DNA from: Nemertoderma westbladi
Taxonomy: Eukaryota; Animalia; Xenacoelomorpha
Direction: 5' to 3'
Assembly: GCA_032718475.1 (NCBI GenBank)
Contig: JAUCBJ010002030.1
Location: forward strand, 8,422 to 72,421
DNA: 64,000 bases
The translations under genes and the position numbers were made by a program. A model generated the notes under the pieces. It saw only the letters and a program-made list of their open reading frames with translations. It was not told the DNA's origin and made no database searches. Below, piece by piece: positions 56,176-64,000 of this stretch (within the stretch, counting starts at the first letter, position 1; the number at the start of each line of letters is the position of its first letter).

Positions 56176-56899
56176 GGTGGGGAATAGATGTTGACCATTG
56201 GGGAGTAGATATGATGCAGCCACCATTGGGGAGTAGATGTGGTGCATCCACCGTTGGAGAGTAGATTGTGGTGCAGCCACTATTGGGGAGTAGATGTGGT
56301 GCAGCCACTTGGGGAGTAGATGTGTTGCAGCCACAGTTGGGGAGTAGATGTGGTGCAGCCACAGTTGGGGAGTAGATGTGGTGCAGCCTAGGTTGGGGAG
56401 TACCGGTAGATGTGGTGCAGCACCATTGAGGAGTATATGTTGGTTGACTATGGGGTAGTAAATGTGATGCAGACACCATTGGGGAGTAGATGTGGCGCAG
56501 TCACCATTGGGGAGTAGATGTGGCGCACCCGCCATTGGGGAGTAGATGTGGTACAGCCACCAATGGCGAGTAAGCCTAGATGTGGTGCAGCCACATTTGT
56601 GGAGTAGATGTGGTGCAGCCACCATTGAGGAGAAGATGTGGTGCAGCCACCATTGGGGATTAGATGTTGACAATTGGGGAGTAGATGTGGCGTAGCCATC
56701 ATAGGGGAGTATATGTGGTGTAGCCACCATAAGGGAGTAGATGATGACCATTGGGACTTGGGAGTAGATGTGATGCAGACACCATTGGGAAGTAGATGTG
56801 GCGCACCCACCCTTGGGGAGTAGATGTGGTACAGCCACCAATGGGGTGTAAGCCTAGATGTGGCGTTGCCACAATAGGGGAGTATATGTGGTGTAGCCA

Positions 56900-57101
56900 G
56901 ATGTGTAGGACAATTGCGACGTTGACAATTGCGACCCGGACAATTGCGACCCGGACAATTGCGACCCGGAAAATTGTGACGCGGACAATTGCGACACATT
57001 ATTTTGGGAAAAATTGATGGGTCGCAATTGAACGGATCGCAATTGTCCGGGTCGCAATTGTCCGGGTCGCAATTCTCCGGGTCGCAATTGTCCGGACTTC
57101 C
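56900..57101. mobile_element. 202-bp MITE with inverted arrays of GGACAATTGCGACCC, MULE-like 9-bp TSD
   Basis: TSD GTGTAGCCA at 56891-56899 and 57102-57110; left array mirrored by CGCAATTGTCC array. Confidence 0.88.
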
Positions 57102-57763
57102 GTGTAGCCACCATAGGGGAGTATATGTTGACCATTGCGCATTGGGAGTGATGTGATGCAGACACCATTGGTGAGTAGATGTGGCGCACACCCCATTGGG
57201 AAGTAGATATGGTACAACTACCATTGTGGAGTAGATGTGGTGCAGCCAGCCACCGTAGTGGAGTAGATGTTGACCATTGGGGAGTTGATGCGGTGTAGCC
57301 ACCATATGGGAGTAGATATGTAGATATGGTGTAACGACCATAGGGGGGTAGATGTTGACCATTGGGCCTTGGGAGTATATGTGATGCAGACACCTTTGGG
57401 GAGTAGATGTTGTTTTCGATAATTTTTTCAAGAATGTAATTTTTTCAATAAATTTCATTAAAAATGGTCGAGAAATCAGGTCTGGGTCGAATCCCCCCCC
57501 CCCCCCCCCCCCCCCAGGCTGTGGGAAAATCTAAAAGGTCCAGGGTAGATAGGGTTAAGGAACAATTCAAACCTTCCCGTTATTTTAGATAATACCATTT
57601 TTATATGGCAGTGATTTTTTATGTCCTTTTATTTGACTTTTTTTGTCCGCCTTTTTTTACGAATTCTGCATAATGACTTTTGTTGTCCTTTTAATGAATT
57701 TTGTTGTCCCTTTAATTACTTTTTATGTATGTATTTCTTCAAACTGCCAGACTGCGGATTTCT

Positions 57764-57960
57764 GGACTGTCAGACAGTTGATTTCAACATGCCTATGCCA
57801 AAACATTCAAAATTTGTTGATTTCTCGACTGTCGGACAGTTGATTTCACTATGCCTGTGCCAAAACATTCAAAATTTGTTGATTTCATGACTGTCAGACA
57901 GTTTAATTTACAATAATTGTGCAAAAAAAAATTGTACAAAACATTCAAAATTCCATGATT
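57764..57960. repeat. ~62-bp tandem repeat, about 3 copies
   Basis: GACTGTCAGACAGTTGATTTC...CCAAAACATTCAAAATT recurs. Confidence 0.7.
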
Positions 57961-58074
57961 TATGGACTATGAGATAGATTTCCATATACGCCTGTGGTAA
58001 ACGCCTTTAATAGTTTGTGGTTGTTGTCGATAATCGATTACAATACAGTATGACGTAGCAAAACACTCATTTTG

Positions 58075-58605
58075 AGGCCAAAAACAATTAGCAATTGATG
58101 GAAAGGAGCAGGTTAGAGAGGCGGGCCTTTCTAACCAAAACAATAAACGGTCACTTTGCCAAATCAGGGAAAGGAGCAGGTTACAGAGGCTGGATTTTCT
58201 AACCAAAACAATAAACGACCATTTAACTAATTGATGGAAAGGAGCGGGTTACAGAGGCGGGATTTTCTAACCAAAACAATAAACGGTCACTTTACCAAAT
58301 GAAGGAAAGGAGCAGGTTACATACAGTAGATGGTATTTTCTAATCAAAACACTAAACGATAACATTACCAATTGAGGGAAAGGAGCAGGTTACAGAGGCG
58401 GGCTCTTCTAACCAAAACAATAAACGATCACTTTACCCATTGAGGCAAAGGAGCAGGTTACAGAGGCGGGATATTCTAACCAAAACAATAAACAGTCACT
58501 TTACCAAATGAAGGAAAGGAGTAGGTTACAGAGGCGGGCCTTTCTGATCAAAACAATAAACGATACCACTTTACCAATTGAGGAAAAGGAGCATTTTACG
58601 GCGGC
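58075..58605. repeat. ~61-bp minisatellite, about 9 copies
   Basis: GGAAAGGAGCAGGTTACAGAGGCGGG...TTCTAACCAAAACAATAAACG recurs. Confidence 0.85.
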
Positions 58606-59388
58606 ATTATTTTACATGATGTAGGTCTACAGTTGTATATATCCTTTATTGCGACAACCCCTTTGCTTTGTAGCTAAAACCGGCCCGATATGTTCGATAT
58701 CAGTGTGTTTTCGCTATCAAATGGTGAATAAGTAGATTTTTCGAACACATTGTATGTGGACAGATCTGTTAGTTTAGAACTACATTATAGATTTAGAGGT
58801 ACCACTACAGCTACCCATAACATTACATTTGTCATAATCCATTTTAAATGCATTATCCAGATATATATAAATTATCTAAAATTTATAAATTATTTAAAAG
58901 GTAGAGCGGTCAGCCGGTACTAAAATTCTGTAATAAGTTTATTAATTACCATCATTCTCTCATTTGCAACTGTTTAGGCTACATATCAGAGTAGACCTAC
59001 TGGTATCTGTATATATTGTACTTGAGCTGAGTAGTACAATGCTATATAATTATTTCTAAGGCATAGGCTTTATACCTACAGACAATACAGGACTACTGCA
59101 AAATACTGCTCTATATACTAATACCGGTACTGACAGCCTAAGAGAACAGCAGTTAGAGAAACCGGTAGCATGGAACCAAACGGTAGATTTCTGGAGGACA
59201 TAAAAAGTAAAAAAAAAAGGACATTATGTGTGATTTAAACGGACAAGAAAATTTATTGCGTTTTTATATGTTCAACAATAACTTTGTCAAAATAAATGAA
59301 ATTTAACGAAGGTTTTCATGCTTGTTAAACTGATAACTACTGTAGTATAAGTAAAACAACGTGTTAGCCAATTTATTCATATCTGTAC

Positions 59389-59463
59389 GGATGTAGGACA
59401 ATTCAGTCCCGGACAATTCGGTCCGGACAATTCGATCCCACACAATTCGGACCCGGACAATTC
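59389..59463 (+). mobile_element. Left end of a GGACAATTC-array MITE, interrupted by E3
   Basis: GGATGTAGGACAATTC followed by ~15-bp repeats, same architecture as the MITEs at 6767 and 56900. Confidence 0.6.
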
Positions 59464-62400
59464 TGTAAAAGCTTCTGTGGGATATAACTGGCCCCTTTTG
59501 CTTCGCAATCCAGTTTCCCCCCAGGCGCTGGAATACTCTAAAAAGGTTCTCTAACTGTATATATATTCCCCTCGCCCGCAAGGTACCGTTACAGGTGTTT
59601 TAACGGACATAAAAGTCATTCTGCTATATACGTGTTTTGGCGGACATGGTAAGGCAAAAAACCTGTAATGCACCAACTACCTTTCACAGCTTAGCCGTGA
59701 TGATTCATATTACGACATCTAACAGCTGGTTGCTGACATGGAAACAGCCATTGGACGCATAGTTCTTTGTTTGGCTTGAGCCAATCAGAGCGATTTTTCC
59801 TGTCGACGTGTAGCTTTTCAGCCGATCATAAGGAGAGTGTTCAGTCTTACTGCCTTACTTGATACTTTGTTGTTATTGCTGTCTAAGCCAGAAACACCGG
59901 CTTTTTGGGAAGAACTCTAGTAAAACTGCTTAGATTATAGAAAGTATAACTGTTACCGGCGGTGTTACCTCACTTAATTTGACTGCACTAATCATATTGT
60001 TTGTACTGCTATTTACCGTCAGTTATTAATTGTACCTATTTGTTGATGGAAATATTGCTCTTTGGATAATACGGATAAATCACCCAAATTCCCAATTTTC
60101 TTGATACACTACAGGTTAGAGAGACCGGCTATACATAACAATTGCGATTTATATTGATGTGGTGTGTATTGAATCCAATGTTATTTAGCAGACCCTACGT
60201 GAGTCAATTGCTGCTCTCTTTATGTGTGATCAAATATACTGACGGTCGGCAGAATAGTGTGCATGATTGTGAGTGTGATGTGACTGGTAACAAAGCATTT
60301 CCTAAAGAATGCGACTTATACTTTAATCATAAGCCTTATCGTTGCGTTTAGTATAAGTCCTAGCTCTGTTTAAATAGATAGAGCGCCACGTCCTAAAGGA
60401 ACTGTTAATATTTCCCGAAAGTTAATAATATCTGTCAGAAATTATATATTAGCGATCAATCGAATAATACAGTAGGCTTACACTGCAACCTTACACTGCA
60501 ATAATAAAATCTAAGCATCCGAATTCAGCCTCCCGGGTGTAGATCCATCGGGTGAATGATCGCGCATGGGCTGGCTTCGGCTAATGTTTTGTTTATTAGC
60601 ATAAAATATTGTCGTATGCTAAAGGTGTGTTAATTAACTAAAAGACATATAAATTTTGGCAGGTTAAACTGCTAAAGGTCTTCAAAAGCGCGAACAGTAA
60701 CAGTTACTTTGTATTGCAGTGTAAGCATTAAATACAGTTTAATACTGTTCTGTCGAACAGTAACAGTTATGATCTTATTGCAGTAGGCAATAAGGTTGCA
60801 AAATACCGTAGTAACCGGTATTTCTGTAGGTCTGTAGGCCCAACTGTCCTAACCGGTACTGCTGTATAAGTACATTAGTATTATTCGATTTTGATTATTG
60901 TATACCGGTAGGTCTTGGTACTTAATCAGGGAACGGCCGCCCTGATTTTTATTTGAGATTCTACTTATTTCTGTCGGTTTTATTTACTAGTAGGCTAATA
61001 TTGAGCAGAAGGCGTGTGACCCTGCTCAGATTGTTCAGATAATTGTAGGCTGAGCTGCTGTCTGACTGTGTTGAGTTTGGAGAGATTACGGCGTGTGTAG
61101 AGTTTGTCTGATCAAGTGCCGTTAGTAAGTTGGGGCAGCCATATGCTGAAGGTCAATCCCCTCTTAAAGAATAAGTCGTACTACCGTGTTAGAACGCATA
61201 CTAACTAACAGTTTCAGAATCTGCATATACTGTAGTTTATTTAGGCTTGATCGTAGTCTGCCAGTGTTTTAGCCTGTGTTTGTTTGTGTGGTCTGTTCAG
61301 GTACCGTAATAGTTATTACTCAAATATTTGTAGGCTGGATTGTTGTCTAGCTATTTTTAGGTCTGAAGGGATTGCTGCGTGTGTAGAGTTGGTCTGATCA
61401 AGTGCCGTTAGTAAGTTGGGGCAGCCATAAGCGGTAAGGTCAATCCCCTCTTAAAGAGTAAGTCGTACTACCGTGTTAGAACGCATACTAACTAACAGTT
61501 TCAGAATCTGCACATACTGTAGTTTGTTTTAGGCTTGATAGTAGTTTGCCAGCGTTTGGTTTGTATTTGTTTGAGTATTCTGTACGGGTAGCGTAATATT
61601 TATTATTCAGAGTTTATGCGATTATTCGCAACATTCATGTCCCCAAGTTTATTCCTACAGTAATTGTGCTTGTTATACATACCGTTATAGTTAAACTAAC
61701 CCCGGTACTACATCAGGGCTGCTTGGCGTAGGTAAAGACGGACGACTTTGTGCTTCGGTCACTCCAGCAGATGCCGTGGTTCTTTTAACTGTTCAAGTAT
61801 ATTTAACTACTGATTATTTGTTATACCGGTACTTGTACCTAATTTAGGGTTTAGAGTACAGTGCCTTCCGAAGTAATTAGTGTAGGCAGTATATTTGTGT
61901 TGTAAAGTGGTTGATAGGCACATTCGTTAGCTCTATTAGCTTCTGGGTAGGAACAATCCGTGATACATAACGTAGAACCTATAGCGATACGGTTATAGGT
62001 CGTCAGGCGGTGGTATTTTCCTATCTGGACAGTACAATATATTTACTACTACTTATTATTTAAATACCGTAGTACCCTGTCCTTTGTAATAGCCAGAAAT
62101 CTAACCCTTTGTTAGACTGGTTTGTAGACTTCCTGTAAAATTACCCTAAAAATTTCGTACGTAATATTTGTTGTGTTTAATTAGAGATTTAATCTCACCC
62201 GTATCGTAAGTAATTTGTAGTATTAAGTAACTTAGGTAAATTAGAATTATCTGTTTTAGTGTCCAATAAATAGCACTCCACTGAGTACGCACAGCTTCTG
62301 TGTAGTGACCCCCCAGAAATAATAACATTTATTTCAAATATTGACAAAACCCTTTTAAATGGGTATATAAATATTATAAATCAACTCAAACGATTTATAA

Positions 62401-64000
62401 ATAGTAGGCCTGCCATACAACAACTAGGTCTCAATATCAGTTGGACTACTGCTTAAATAACGGTAACAAAGTAAGTTAAAGTAACCAAGTAACCCTAAAA
62501 TATTCAGAAATTCAATTATTCTAAAATAATTGACATACTGGTATTTACCATAGGCTTATTATATTTATTTTTATAAATTTGTGCTGAAATCATACCGGTA
62601 CTCTGTAATTAATTATAGTCCAGAATTATACTTATATACTATAAGTGTAGGCTGTATACCGGTATTCACGATAGGCCTATTATATATTTATATATATTTG
62701 TGCTAAAATTATATACCGGTACTCTGTGACAAATCTAGTCTGTAATAATACTTATATATATTATAAGCATACCGGTATTCTAATATATTATATATATATA
62801 TCACGCTACACTGAGTAGCAGTATCGGTAATTAATTATTAGGCTAACAGTGATACTGAATTACTAGACTTGCTTTAACTGTAATATAGCAGTAGGCATTC
62901 GACTGTACAATCAAACATGGCTGACACAAGGCAAACTCTGTCAGATAGTCTCCTAGAAACAACAGCCTGTTTCTCAGATCAAAGTGTAGAGAATCCCAGA
63001 CCGAGGTCTGAAACCCCTCATACTGTAAGAAGGGCAACCCCTGCAGTGGTTGTGTCAGAACCTAGGTTGGTAGAAAAGATTTCGCAATTTGCGAAGTTAG
63101 TGAAGCGCCGTTGGTCTGCCATAGGCACTCGGGCCCAAGTCAAGCGGGATCAAGAAGAAGCTATAAAACAGCAGCAACCTCCTAGCCAAGAACCTAGTTC
63201 TCAGCGGCCCGATAGCTCCAGTAGTTCGGATACTGTTGAGCGGACGCCCGAACGCGGAGCGAAGATGGCGGATACGGTTTATGATGAGCGGCCAACCTAT
63301 GAAGAATCAACCGACGCCACTTCTTCTCAAGTGGAAAGTGAGGTGGAAAGCGAAGTGGAAAGCGAGGTGGAAAGCGAAGTGGAAAGCGAATTAACATCAG
63401 CAGAGAAGCCGCGAACTAGAGACGCTATCGACATTTATTTGTCCGACTATCAGCGATTCCTAGGAGACGAAGAGTTGAGGAGACGGCTGTCTGGACTTTC
63501 CCCTAATAGTGAAGGAACCAAGCTTATATTGGACTCAATCGATGCCGAAATGTTAGCTGCAAACCAAGCTGAATGTGATGAAAAACTCCGCCTCATTAGA
63601 GTCCGAGAAGAACAAGTAAAGAAAGAACTGATAGAGAGAAGAAAGGTAGCAGCAGCAGCGGCGGCGGAAGCAGAAGCAGAAAGAAAAGAAGCAGAAGCCG
63701 AAAGAAAGGCAAAAGCGGCAGAAGCAGAAGAAGAAAGAAAAGCGGCGGAAGCCGAAAGAAAGGCAACAGTGGCAGAAGCAGAACGGAGAGCGTCTGAGGC
63801 GACTATCCAATTGGAGTTGGAAAAGCTGCAAGAGACGCAAGACAGTATAAATAAACAGTTTACTGCTAATCAAATGCAGATGATGAGAAAATCTACTCCC
63901 AAGCGTCAAGGATACACATCCTCGGAGGAAGGCGATACTACCGATCCTGAAGGCGGAGGAAATAGATCTCATCTAAGTAGGCGTAGAAAAACATATTACC
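59464..64000 (+). mobile_element. E3: diverged E2-family element (5' LTR 59464-60696, 5' UTR, degraded gag), runs off the window
   Basis: LTR TGTAAAAG...GCGCGAACA; 60.8-62.9 kb is reverse-complement homologous to E2 49.0-50.9 kb. Confidence 0.9.
62917..64000 (+). pseudogene. gag: E3 gag N-terminus, frameshifted and internally deleted
   Basis: MADTRQTLSDSLLE vs E2 MSDTKQTLSDSLLE; DAIDIYLSDYQRF; TSSEEGDTTDPEG. Confidence 0.85.

Larger units (their letters stand above)
54948..57410. repeat. Degenerate ~28-bp minisatellite (CCATTGGGGAGTAGATGTGGTGCAGCCA)n, interrupted by a solo LTR and a MITE
   Basis: One unit at 54948-54985 and a long run of units at 56176-57410. Confidence 0.9.

Noticed and set aside
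56129-57458. Several long ORFs rich in H/P/W/C
   Set aside because: Translations of the 28-bp minisatellite and the embedded MITE in multiple frames
57540-57558. piggyBac-like end (GGG-TTAA)
   Set aside because: No matching inverted terminus found; TTAACCCT near 53767 matches only the first few bases

Overview
AT-rich eukaryotic (probably invertebrate animal) genomic DNA that is almost entirely a nest of transposable elements. An old, degraded BEL/Pao LTR retrotransposon (E0; pieces at ~10.7-13.1 kb, ~36.0-39.3 kb and ~52.1-53 kb, minus strand) was interrupted by a CR1/L2-group LINE. A young 18.5-kb BEL/Pao element (E1, 13302-32706, TSD TAGGG) inserted into that LINE, and its 5' LTR then received a truncated CRE-like non-LTR element. 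A second BEL-type element (E2, 39307-52068, TSD TACAA) carries gag-protease and an accessory ORF but no RT, RNase H or integrase. A solo LTR (54986-56175) and a third, plus-strand copy (E3, 59464 to the window end) belong to the E2 family. MITEs, minisatellites and one small candidate host ORF fill the rest. Four observations stand out. (1) No element has a tRNA primer-binding site; in all four, the 10-13 nt immediately after the 5' LTR are exactly complementary to a segment inside the element's own LTR, with compensatory changes between E2 and E3, suggesting Tf1-like self-priming in BEL/Pao. (2) E1 has a third ~1240-aa ORF with a WRN/Mut-7/EXD-like DEDDy 3'-5' exonuclease, three CCHC knuckles and an unassigned Cys/His domain shared with the E2 accessory ORF. 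(3) Ten copies of a 20-nt stem-loop with a YGYG tetraloop are spread through coding and non-coding parts of the E1 RNA. (4) E1 integrated with TA...TA rather than TG...CA ends. All homology calls are by eye; no database searches were run.
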